DNA from: Methanobacteriota archaeon | Lineage (GTDB): Archaea > JAADCQ01 > Methanopyri > Methanopyrales > Methanopyraceae | DNA: 64,000 nucleotides | Assembly: GCA_027064305.1 (NCBI GenBank) | Contig: JAMOPY010000023.1 | Coordinates: forward strand, 20,622 to 84,621 | Direction: 5' to 3' | Shown: piece by piece, positions 46,569 to 55,232 of the stretch | Numbering within the stretch: position 1 is the first letter of the stretch | How the letters are laid out: every line of letters begins with the position of its first letter | Position numbers and translations under genes: made by a program | The notes under the pieces: generated by a model | Told to the model about the DNA's origin: nothing | What the model saw: the letters and a program-made list of their open reading frames with translations, nothing else | Databases searched by the model: none

Positions 46569-46812
46569 ACTCCACCACCTCGATCTCGTAGTCCTCCACC
46601 ACCGGGTTCGCCAGCAGCCTCCGGCACATCTCGTCCACCAGCTCCACGGCCTCCTCCTCGTCGTCCACGTCCAGCTCGATCCGGTAGACCTTCGCCGTCC
46701 GCACGTCGCTGACCTCCTCGTACCCCAGCCGGTGCAGCGCCCGCTTCACCGTCTCCCCCTCCGGATCCAGCGCCTTCGGCTTCAGACTCACCCGCACCTC
46801 GACCGTGACCAA
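46567..46812 (-). CDS. purS: FGAM synthase subunit PurS
   Basis: LKP..LDPEG..V..AL..LGY and MC.RLLANPVVEDY. Confidence 0.95.
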   Translation of the reverse strand: MVTVEVRVSLKPKALDPEGETVKRALHRLGYEEVSDVRTAKVYRIELDVDDEEEAVELVDEMCRRLLANPVVEDYEIEVVE

Positions 46813-46817
46813 TCCCC

Positions 46818-47561
46818 TCACCCCGGCAGCATCGCGAGCTTCTCCTCGTCCCCCTCCAGGATGCGCCTCGCCGCCTCCAGGTACCCCGCCAGGACGTCCC
46901 CCTTATCCTCCCGGAAAATGTCCTTGTCCAGGCTCTCCCGCGTCTCCGCGTCCCAGAACCGGCACGTGTCCGGGCTGATCTCATCCCCCACGACGATCTC
47001 CCCGTCCGGATTCACCCCGAACTCCAGCTTGAAATCGACCAGAATGATCCCCCGCTCCTCCAGAAACTCCGACAGCACCTCGTTCACCCTCAACGTCAGC
47101 TCCCGCATCCGCTCCACCTCGTCCTCGGAAGCCAGCCCGAGCGCCCGGATGTGATCCATGTTCACCATCGGATCACCGTACTCGTCGCTCTTGTAGTCGA
47201 ACTCCACGATCGGCGGGTCCAGCTCCTCCCCCTCCTCGAACGGTAGGCGCTTCACGAGACTCCCCGTCGCGATGTTCCGGCAGATCACCTCCAGCTTGAA
47301 CATGTCCAACCGCTCCACGACCATCCGCCGCTCATCCACCAGATCCACGTAGTGCGTCGGCACCCCCTCATCCTCCAACACCTCGAACAGCCGGGCCGAG
47401 ATCAGGCAGTTGCAGACGCCCTTCCCCTCCACCCGATCCACCTTCTCCATGTCAAAGGCCGTGATGTCGTCCCGGAACTCCATCACCAGCAGGTCGTCCT
47501 CCTCCGGGTGCTCGTAGAGGCTCTTCGCCTTCCCCTCGTACACCAGGCGCCCCATCTCCAA
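46818..47561 (-). CDS. purC: SAICAR synthetase
   Basis: YEGKAK, FRDDITAF, EVICRN.ATGS, LVDFKLEFG and DEISPDTCRFWD. Confidence 0.97.
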   Translation of the reverse strand: MEMGRLVYEGKAKSLYEHPEEDDLLVMEFRDDITAFDMEKVDRVEGKGVCNCLISARLFEVLEDEGVPTHYVDLVDERRMVVERLDMFKLEVICRNIATGSLVKRLPFEEGEELDPPIVEFDYKSDEYGDPMVNMDHIRALGLASEDEVERMRELTLRVNEVLSEFLEERGIILVDFKLEFGVNPDGEIVVGDEISPDTCRFWDAETRESLDKDIFREDKGDVLAGYLEAARRILEGDEEKLAMLPG

Positions 47562-47611
47562 GTTTCACCACCCCGAATCCACGAACGCTAAACGCGGACA
47601 CCCGGTAACGC

Positions 47612-47620
47612 CGTTATTAA
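47612..47620. promoter_or_regulatory. Putative TATA element in the purC/FIST divergent spacer
   Basis: GTTATTAAC AT-rich island roughly 40-50 bp from both start codons. Confidence 0.45.
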
Positions 47621-47660
47621 CCCTCCCGCGTAACTCACCGGTTTATCATGGGGAGCCGCC

Positions 47661-48911
47661 ATGCTCGGAGGAACGACGATCGAGGTCGGCGTCAGCCACG
47701 GGAAGGACCCGCACGCCGTGATCGAGGACGCGCTGGACCAACTCTCCGAGGACCCGAACCTGGCCCTGGTCTTCTTCTCCCCCCGACACGCGGACGAGAT
47801 CGAGGCGGCACTCGAGCAGCTCCCCGACGGGTGCCGCAGCCTGGGCTGCTCCACCGCGGGCGAGCTCACCCCGGACGGCTACACGCAGGGTGAGGTGGTG
47901 GTCGCGCTCATCCGGAGCCCCTACATGGTCCTCGAGACGCACCGGATCACCTTCGACAGCGAGGACCCGAAGCGCGCCCGCGAGGTGGGCCGCCGCTTCG
48001 TCATGGAGGCGATCGAGAAGCTGCGCAACCCGGGCCCGTGCCTGGACATCACCTTCAACGCGCTGCTCCGCAGCCTGATGGCGGGCCGACCCGTCCGCGC
48101 GCTCCCCTACTTCATGATCGAGCTCGTCGACGGGCTCTTCCCCTCGATCGATTACTACATGGACGGGATCGGCGAGGTCGTCCACCGGCTCCACCTGCTC
48201 GAGGTGTACGGCGGGGCCGCGGGCGACGACCTGCGGCTCGAGCGCACCTACACGCTCGAGGACGGGAGGCTGTGCCCGGAGAACTCGGCCGTGGTGGCGT
48301 TCGGGGTCACGTCGCTCAAGTTCGGGGGCAGCCTGGACTGCGGGTTCGAGCCCGTGCGGGAGGACCGGTTCCTGATCACGGACGCGAGGCCGGAGGAGCG
48401 CCGCATCCTCGAGTTCAACGGGGAGCCCGCCGCCGAGTACTACGCCGACGTGGTGGGCGTCCCGGTCGAGCGGCTGGACGACGAGGTGTTCATGTGGAAC
48501 CCGCTCGGCTGGGAGATCTTCGGCGGCCAGATCATCGTCCGGGAGCCCGCCATGGCCGAGGAGGACGGCTCCATGAGGTTCCACTCGCGACCGCCCGCCT
48601 CGGGCGCGCTCATCCGGCTCAAGCCCACCCGCGAGGGGATGGCGGAGACGGCCCGGGAGGTCACCGAGCGCGCGATGCACCGGGCCGGCATCGACGACCC
48701 CGAGGAGGTGGCCCTGGTCCTCGTCTTCGACTGCGCGCACCGCGACTGCGAGGAGCAGTACGACGCGATCCGCGAGGTCGTGGGGGACGAGGTCCCGATC
48801 GTGGGGTTCAAGACGTACGGCGAGCACGGCCAGCTGGATACGGGGCCCGTTGGACACTTCAACCAGACCATCGAGGTGGTCGTCATCGGGCGCGAGCTCG
48901 TGACCCGGTAG
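47661..48911 (+). CDS. FIST-domain sensory protein
   Basis: LGCSTAGE, DG, GGAAGDD, E.NGEPA..YY, FDCAHR, GF.TYGE and HFNQT. Confidence 0.92.
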   Translation: MLGGTTIEVGVSHGKDPHAVIEDALDQLSEDPNLALVFFSPRHADEIEAALEQLPDGCRSLGCSTAGELTPDGYTQGEVVVALIRSPYMVLETHRITFDSEDPKRAREVGRRFVMEAIEKLRNPGPCLDITFNALLRSLMAGRPVRALPYFMIELVDGLFPSIDYYMDGIGEVVHRLHLLEVYGGAAGDDLRLERTYTLEDGRLCPENSAVVAFGVTSLKFGGSLDCGFEPVREDRFLITDARPEERRILEFNGEPAAEYYADVVGVPVERLDDEVFMWNPLGWEIFGGQIIVREPAMAEEDGSMRFHSRPPASGALIRLKPTREGMAETAREVTERAMHRAGIDDPEEVALVLVFDCAHRDCEEQYDAIREVVGDEVPIVGFKTYGEHGQLDTGPVGHFNQTIEVVVIGRELVTR

Positions 48912-48970
48912 CGCCTCCCTCCCCCAACCGCCTATCGTTTCGAAACACGTAACGAAGGGGGCGACCCCGA

Positions 48971-50110
48971 ATCCGGATCGGGCTCGTCCTCCACGGGCCC
49001 ACCATCATCGACACCGGGTGGGCCGAGCGCCTCCTGAACGCCCTCGAACGGCTGGGTGAGGTCCGGGCCAAGCTCGGCGGCACCACCGGGTACGTGGCCC
49101 TGCTGGACGCCGGCCTCCAGGACCGAGTCGAGTTCGACCGCAAGCTGCCCAGCGAGTGCCTGGACGAGCTTCACGAATGGGCGGACGCCCTCATCCTGGC
49201 CAACCACGGGAAGAGCCGGGAGAGCGGGCTGGCGTTCGCCGAGGGGGTGCTGGCCCGCGCCAAGAGGGTGAACTCGCTGGTCCAGGTGGAGCGGCCCGGG
49301 GAGCCGGACGGCGGCCTCGTCCTGTGGAGCCCCGGCGAGCCGGAACGCCGGGTCGCCCGCCACCTGCGCGACGAGCTGGACCTGCCGGTCATCGGAACCC
49401 GCGAGGTCCCCGAGCGCTCCGGGTCCACCCACCGCCGCCGGATCTCGTGCGTGGAACCCGGGGACCGGATCCTCGTCAACGGGGTCACGGTCGGGGTGGC
49501 CGAGTCGAGCGAGGTGGTCCTGATCTTCGACGACCGCGGGCGGCTGGTGGACCTCGAGGGCGGTCGGCTGAAGCCCGAGGGAGTGAGGCGCCTGGGCCGG
49601 GTGGACCCCGCCCGCGCGATCGTGAAAACGGACCGTCGCCTCCGCCGGCTGGAGCCGGATCGGCGTCGGGTGGTCCCTCCCCCGGATCGGATCGCCCGGG
49701 TGGTGCTGGTGGATCACGACGCGGAGCGCCGGGTGGGGGAGATCCGTCGGGCCGACGCGGTGGTGTCGATCGGGGACGACACGACGGCGGTGTGCGCCGA
49801 GCTGGGGGATCGCCTGGGCAGCTGGGTGGTGGGGGTCGTGGACCTGGACCCGGACGGGTGGGTGGTGGACGACACCCTCGAGGCCCTGAATCGGGCCGAG
49901 AACCTGCTGTGCCTGCTTGTGTGCCGTCGCGACGATCGCGCCGGTGAGCTGCTAAGGGAGCGGGTGTTCCGCGACGGGCCCCGGCTGAGCCTGGACGGGC
50001 CGAGGCGGCCGGAGGCCTGGGTCGAGGACCTAATTAGCCTCCTTCGGGGAGCCGGGGAGCTGAGGCGGGTCGTGTGGTCGCCTCGGCGTGAGCTGGGCTC
50101 TTCACGCTGA
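48971..50110 (+). CDS. DUF2117-family protein, probable non-canonical ATC start
   Basis: (I)RIGLVLHGPTIIDTG, LGGTTG.VA..DAGL, LANHGKS, QVERPG and IGDDTT; in-frame TAA at 48950 and no ATG/GTG/TTG before 49094. Confidence 0.8.
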   Translation: MRIGLVLHGPTIIDTGWAERLLNALERLGEVRAKLGGTTGYVALLDAGLQDRVEFDRKLPSECLDELHEWADALILANHGKSRESGLAFAEGVLARAKRVNSLVQVERPGEPDGGLVLWSPGEPERRVARHLRDELDLPVIGTREVPERSGSTHRRRISCVEPGDRILVNGVTVGVAESSEVVLIFDDRGRLVDLEGGRLKPEGVRRLGRVDPARAIVKTDRRLRRLEPDRRRVVPPPDRIARVVLVDHDAERRVGEIRRADAVVSIGDDTTAVCAELGDRLGSWVVGVVDLDPDGWVVDDTLEALNRAENLLCLLVCRRDDRAGELLRERVFRDGPRLSLDGPRRPEAWVEDLISLLRGAGELRRVVWSPRRELGSSR

Positions 50111-50139
50111 GTCCGACCCGCGACTTCTCCTCATCGGCG
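50079..50139 (-). ncRNA. Box C/D guide sRNA, probable target in the 23S rRNA peptidyl-transferase region
   Basis: CGCC-g-ATGAGGA-12nt-CGGA-GTGAAGA-GCCCAGCTCACG-CCGA-GGCG; D guide is complementary to conserved CGUGAGCUGGGU. Confidence 0.85.
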
Positions 50140-50148
50140 GGTGATAAC

Positions 50149-51126
50149 GTGGACCTGGAGCGGTTGGCCCGAGAGCTACGGTCCTTCGAGGGGGTAACGC
50201 GGAAGCGCCCCATCCGAACCGTGCTAAGGGGTTTGCTCTCGGAGGCCGTGGGTCCCCTGGAGGGGGAGGTGATCGCCGACGCGGGGGAGGACGCGGCCGC
50301 CGTGGACGTTGGTGACCGGATCGCGCTCCTGGCCGCCGACGGGATCTGGGGCCGGCTGATCGAGCGGGATCCGTGGTGGGCCGGGTACTGCTCGGTCCTG
50401 GTCAACGTGAACGACGTGCTGGCCATGGGAGGGCTCCCGGTGGGTATCGTAAACGTCCTCTCCACCTCCGACCCGGACGAGTGCCGGGAGATCCTGCGCG
50501 GGATGCGCGAAGCCGCCCGGAAGTTCTCCACCCCGGTGCTGGGCGGTCACACGCACCCGGACACCCCCTACACCGCGGTCGACGCGGCCATCCTGGGGTT
50601 CACGGACGAGGACCACCTCGTGCTGAGCTCCACCGCGGAGCCCGGGGACCTGATCGTCTTCGCGATCGACCTCGACGGCCGCCCGTACCCGGAGTTCCCC
50701 CTCAACTGGGACACCACGACGGGCAAGGACGAGGAGGAGCTCCGCCGCCAAATGAGAGCCGTCCACCGGGCCTCCAGGCACGTTAAAGCCGGGAAGGACG
50801 TGAGCAACCCCGGCCTCGTGGGCACGCTCGCGATGATGCTGGAGGCGAGCGGGGGCCTGGGGGCCGAGGTCCACCTGCCGGACGTTCCCCGGCCCGAGGG
50901 CGTGGACCTCCCCACCTGGCTGAAAATGTACCCGGGGATGGGGTTCGTGTACGCGGTGGACGGGGAACGGGAGGCCCGAAGGATCGGGCGAGAACTCTCG
51001 GGCTCCGGGCTGACCGCCCGCGTGATCGGCGAGATCACGGACGACGGGATCGTCCGCATCACGGACGGCGAGCGCGAGGCGCGCGTGTTCGACCTGAGGA
51101 GCGAGGAGATCATCGGGGTGCGGTAG
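50149..51126 (+). CDS. Methanogenesis marker protein 2 (AIR synthase/SelD-like)
   Basis: FEGVTRK, GEDAA, AADGIWGRL, LVNVNDV.AMGG, GGHTHPD, WDTT and KDVSNPG. Confidence 0.9.
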   Translation: MDLERLARELRSFEGVTRKRPIRTVLRGLLSEAVGPLEGEVIADAGEDAAAVDVGDRIALLAADGIWGRLIERDPWWAGYCSVLVNVNDVLAMGGLPVGIVNVLSTSDPDECREILRGMREAARKFSTPVLGGHTHPDTPYTAVDAAILGFTDEDHLVLSSTAEPGDLIVFAIDLDGRPYPEFPLNWDTTTGKDEEELRRQMRAVHRASRHVKAGKDVSNPGLVGTLAMMLEASGGLGAEVHLPDVPRPEGVDLPTWLKMYPGMGFVYAVDGEREARRIGRELSGSGLTARVIGEITDDGIVRITDGEREARVFDLRSEEIIGVR

Positions 51127-51127
51127 C

Positions 51128-52654
51128 TTGCGCGTGTTCGTGGACGGAGAACCGGTCGAGGTCCCGGAGGGGGCCACCGTCCGGGACGCGCTCAAGGAGG
51201 CCGGGGTGGAGGTGCCCGACGACGTCGTCATCGCCCTGTTCAAGGGCGAGGAGGAGACGGAGCGCGAGACGGACCGAATCCGGGTCACGATCCGGGAGAT
51301 CGGCACCATCACGCTCGCCGTCGAGGACGACCGGTTCCGAACCGCGTGCGAGCAGCTCCCCGGGACCCGGGTGACGTGGACCACCCGGGACGAGGTCGCC
51401 CTCGGCCCCATCGACGTGTCCGACATCGACTACCGAACCCGCCGCGGGCTCGAGCTACCCCCCTACACGGCCATCGTCGTGCTGCCCACGAACGATCCCA
51501 CCGAGGCGTACCTGCTCCTCACCCGGCGCCGGATGGCGGTCGAGTACGTCTGCACCGACCTACGCGGCCGCGTGACCGCGGGCCGGGAGCTCGTCGACCG
51601 CCTCCAGGGCGGCGAGGAGGTTGAGGACCTCGAGCCGGTCGTGGAGCGCGTGACCCGGCAGGTCCTCTCCAAGGCCACCCCGGACACGCGCCTGGAGGAG
51701 GACGACCACCTGTTCACCCGCGTCGTCGTCGAGCTCTCCGAGCGCTCCCCCGACAGCGCCGAGCTGCTCCTGGCCACGCTCGACGCCAACGACGGCCGGC
51801 TCGAGGTCCAGATGAAGACGGACACCTTCACGGCCGTCAAAACCCGGCCGTTCTACGAGCTCTCGCGCGAGGAGATCGGACCCCGAGACCGCGGCGTGGT
51901 CACCGTCCGCCACGAGGGGAGGAACGAGGGCACCGTCTACTTCTACCGCCGCGACCGGGTGCCCGTGGATAGCCACAACGTCGTGGGGCGCGTTAAGCGC
52001 GGCCTCGAGCTGATCGACGTCGCCACGGAGGGCGATCAGATCCTCGTGGAAACGATCCCGGAGCGCGTGAACCTGGTCGGGCTGACCCTCGAGGAGGCAC
52101 GGGAGCTGGCGGAAGAGCACGGGTTCGAGCTCGAGATCGAGGGTGAGGGGGACGTGGTGGTCGAGCAGGAGCCCCGCGAAACCCTGCGCGTCCTCAAGGA
52201 GGGCCGGGCCAAGGTCAGGGTCGTCCCGAGCGAGGAGGTCATCGACGTCGAGCTCTACGAGGACCGGGCGCCGAAGTCCGTCGAGTACTTCCGGCGCGTG
52301 GCCGGCATGCTGGACCGACCGGTCGGCAAGCTCAAGGTCCACTTCGCCTACGCCGACCTCGGCATGGTGGTCTTCGAGGGGGACGAGAAGGAGGGCAAGG
52401 GACTGCCCCCGGAGAACACCCCAGAGGAGGTGGTCAAGCCCGGCGACCTGGGCGTGACCAACCAGGTGAAGCCCCACGCGGGGCTGATCGGGGTCCGACT
52501 GGAGGAGAGCCGCGAGTACGGACCCACCGGGGAGACCTTCGAGGGGACCAACCTCATCGGTCGGGTCGTCCGGGGACTGGAGCGGCTGGCGGAGCTCGAC
52601 CAGTCCGACATGGGCAAGACCGTGTACGTGCGGGAGGTGACCGACCGCCGATGA
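51128..52654 (+). CDS. Methanogenesis marker protein 3
   Basis: ThiS-like N-terminus, two cyclophilin-like domains, AP.SVEYFR, PENTP, GVTNQ and GPTGE.F.GTN. Confidence 0.9.
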   Translation: MRVFVDGEPVEVPEGATVRDALKEAGVEVPDDVVIALFKGEEETERETDRIRVTIREIGTITLAVEDDRFRTACEQLPGTRVTWTTRDEVALGPIDVSDIDYRTRRGLELPPYTAIVVLPTNDPTEAYLLLTRRRMAVEYVCTDLRGRVTAGRELVDRLQGGEEVEDLEPVVERVTRQVLSKATPDTRLEEDDHLFTRVVVELSERSPDSAELLLATLDANDGRLEVQMKTDTFTAVKTRPFYELSREEIGPRDRGVVTVRHEGRNEGTVYFYRRDRVPVDSHNVVGRVKRGLELIDVATEGDQILVETIPERVNLVGLTLEEARELAEEHGFELEIEGEGDVVVEQEPRETLRVLKEGRAKVRVVPSEEVIDVELYEDRAPKSVEYFRRVAGMLDRPVGKLKVHFAYADLGMVVFEGDEKEGKGLPPENTPEEVVKPGDLGVTNQVKPHAGLIGVRLEESREYGPTGETFEGTNLIGRVVRGLERLAELDQSDMGKTVYVREVTDRR

Positions 52655-53976
52655 CCCTCCGGATCCTGGTCGTCTCCCCGGACTACTACACGTACGGGGC
52701 CATGGTGGTCGGCGGCGTCTGCGAGCGGTGGGGGGCCCGCGTCCGGCTCCGCCGCACCCCGGACCCCAAGGCGCTCCGAACCTCGGACCTCGTCATCTTC
52801 TCCCTCCACTCCACCCACCACCTTCTCCGAAAGGACGTGATCGAGGCGGTGCGCAAGGCCATCGACGCGGGTCGCAGGGTGATCGTCGGCGGCCCCGTCA
52901 GCCAGGTCCCCGAGCTCGTGCTGGAGCGCCTCTCAGGCGTGATCGTGGCCAAAGGGGAGGCGGAGACCGTCCTTCCGCCCCTGCTGGACGCGCTCCGGGA
53001 GGGAGGGGACCCCGAGGAGGTAGAGGGGATCGCGCTGAAGCACGATGGGGACCTGGTGGACACGGGGTGGCCGCCCCCCGCCGACCTCGAGGAGCCGAGG
53101 CCCCTCAAGGTCCCCCGGGGACTGGACCGACAGGACATCCGTGGGGCGAACGTGTACATCGAGACGCACCGCGGGTGCGCCGGCGCCTGCACGTTCTGCC
53201 AGGTGCCGCGCTTCTTCGGCCGGGAGGTGCGCTGGAAGCCCCTTGACGCGATCCTGGAGGAGGTCCGCGCGCTGATGCGGGCGGGCGCCCGCCGGTTCGC
53301 GATCTCCGGCGGCACGGTCAACATGTACGGGGACGACGAGGAGGACTTCGCCCGCCTGCTCGCCGCGCTGAGCGACCTCGTGGGCCGTCAGAACCTCTCC
53401 GCCCCCGACGTCCGGGCCGACCTCCTGAACGAGCGCGTGCTCGAGGCCATCCGGGACCACACGATCGGGTGGATCTTCCTGGGCGTGGAGAGCGGCAGCG
53501 ACCGGATGCTCCGACGCATGAAGAAGGGGATCACGACCGACGACGTCCGAGAGGCCGTGTGGCTCGCCCGCCGGGTGGGCGTCCGCGTCGCCGCCTCCCT
53601 CATCGTCGGGTACCCGGGCGAGCGGGAGGAGGACGTGGAGGCGACGGAGGAACTGCTCGCCGAGCTCGCGTTCGACGACGCGTTCATCAACGTGGCCGAG
53701 CCCATCCCGGGCACGGAGTTGGGCCGACTCGTCACCGAGCTCCCGGAGGAAGAGATCCCCGTCCTGCGACCCGGAAAGCGGATGGAGACCCTGGCCGGGG
53801 ACCGCGCCCTGCAGCTCCAGCTGACGGCGTTCACGACGCTCAGCCGCCCCGTCCCACTCACCGACGACGTGTACCGCGAGGCGGTCAAGGGCGTGCGGGA
53901 GGAGGAGCGCAAGGTCGCCCGCATCACCCGATTCCTCCGCGAGCACGCGCACCTACTGCGGGGCACCGCGCATTGA
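52651..53976 (+). CDS. mgmA: Methyl-coenzyme M reductase glutamine C-methyltransferase (B12-dependent radical SAM)
   Basis: SPDYYTYGAMVVGG, QDIRGANVYIETHRGCAGACTFCQVP and AISGGT. Confidence 0.8.
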   Translation: MTLRILVVSPDYYTYGAMVVGGVCERWGARVRLRRTPDPKALRTSDLVIFSLHSTHHLLRKDVIEAVRKAIDAGRRVIVGGPVSQVPELVLERLSGVIVAKGEAETVLPPLLDALREGGDPEEVEGIALKHDGDLVDTGWPPPADLEEPRPLKVPRGLDRQDIRGANVYIETHRGCAGACTFCQVPRFFGREVRWKPLDAILEEVRALMRAGARRFAISGGTVNMYGDDEEDFARLLAALSDLVGRQNLSAPDVRADLLNERVLEAIRDHTIGWIFLGVESGSDRMLRRMKKGITTDDVREAVWLARRVGVRVAASLIVGYPGEREEDVEATEELLAELAFDDAFINVAEPIPGTELGRLVTELPEEEIPVLRPGKRMETLAGDRALQLQLTAFTTLSRPVPLTDDVYREAVKGVREEERKVARITRFLREHAHLLRGTAH

Positions 53977-55232
53977 GGGTGGCCATCCTCGGCGGCACGG
54001 GCGCCATGGGACGCTTCCTGGCCCGCGAACTCGCCCGGGACGGGCACGAGATCGTCATCACCGGCTCCTCCCCGGACCGAGCCCGACGGGCCGCCCGCGA
54101 GCTGGGCGTGGAGGCCGCGCCCGACAACGTGACCGCGGTTCGCGACGCGGACGTCGTGATCGTCTCCGTTCCCATCTCCGTGACGGAGCGCGTCATCGAG
54201 GAGGTCGGGCCCCACGTCCCCGAGGGCGCCCTGCTCACCGACGTGACCTCCGTCAAGGTCCGGCCCGTGCGCGCCATGCTGGAGCACGCCCGCGAGGGGA
54301 CGCACGTCCTGGGCACCCACCCCCTCTTCGGACCGACCGTCCCGAGCCTACGCGGCCAGACGGTCATCCTCACCCCCACCGAGCGCAGCGGCCCCTGGAC
54401 GCGCCGCGTGCGCCGCTACCTCGAGCGCAAGGGGGCCAACGTGGTCGTCTGCACCCCGGAGGAGCACGACCGGGCGATGGCCCTCGTTCAGTGCCTCACA
54501 CACTTCGTCCTCCTGGGCGCCGGCCTCGCCATCGGCGACCTACTCCCCGAGCTGGAGCTGGACCCCGACGAGCTCGCCAGCCCCGTGTACCGCCTGTTCA
54601 TCGACGTCATCGGTCGCGTGATGGGCCAGGACCCGCGACTGTACGCGGAGATCCAATCGTTCAATCCGTACGCCGAGTGGGCCCGCGAGCGGGTCCTCCA
54701 CGCCCTCCACCGGATCCACGAACTCGCCGACGACCACGCCCGACTGACCGACCTCCTGCGCCGGGGACAGCGAGCCCTCGCCCGACACCAGGACCTCGAG
54801 GGCTGCCAGCTGAGAACCGACAAGCTGCTCTCCTACCTGGTGGACGAGCTCGAGACCGCCGAACGGTGCGGAGAGGCCCTCGTGATCGACATCCGCTCCC
54901 GACGGGCCCGGGAAGGGCGCGTCCGGGTCACCCGCACCACGGTGCGCGTGGACGGCGAGGAGGTACCCCGGGACCGGGTGAAGGTCCTCCCGAACCGGCC
55001 CAAGCTCCTGGCCCGCTTCGAGGGGAACGAGCTGGAGCTCCGGGTCAAGACCGACCTGAACCCGGAGGAGGTGGCGAGGGTGGTCGAAGCCCTGGGTCGA
55101 AACCTCCGCGTCGTGAGCGCGGACGCCGGGGACGGCGGGACCCGGCTCCGGCTGGAGGGGGACGAGAGCGAGGCGGGCCGCCTCCTCAAGAAGCTGAGGA
55201 AGCTGGGCGTTCGCGCCGAGCTCTACCGCTGA
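53973..55232 (+). CDS. tyrA: Prephenate dehydrogenase with C-terminal extension
   Basis: ILGGTGAMG, DVTSVK, HPLFGP, EEHDRAMA.VQ.LTH, SP.Y and QDPRLYAEIQ. Confidence 0.92.
   Translation: MRVAILGGTGAMGRFLARELARDGHEIVITGSSPDRARRAARELGVEAAPDNVTAVRDADVVIVSVPISVTERVIEEVGPHVPEGALLTDVTSVKVRPVRAMLEHAREGTHVLGTHPLFGPTVPSLRGQTVILTPTERSGPWTRRVRRYLERKGANVVVCTPEEHDRAMALVQCLTHFVLLGAGLAIGDLLPELELDPDELASPVYRLFIDVIGRVMGQDPRLYAEIQSFNPYAEWARERVLHALHRIHELADDHARLTDLLRRGQRALARHQDLEGCQLRTDKLLSYLVDELETAERCGEALVIDIRSRRAREGRVRVTRTTVRVDGEEVPRDRVKVLPNRPKLLARFEGNELELRVKTDLNPEEVARVVEALGRNLRVVSADAGDGGTRLRLEGDESEAGRLLKKLRKLGVRAELYR

Noticed and set aside
50149-51126. SelD or thiL assignment for the AIR-synthase-like gene
   Set aside because: Lacks the SelD N-terminal Cys/Sec-x-x-K motif; motifs and context fit methanogenesis marker 2.
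54850-55232. C-terminal extension of TyrA as a novel fusion
   Set aside because: Long TyrA proteins with similar extensions are, from recall, already known in methanogens.
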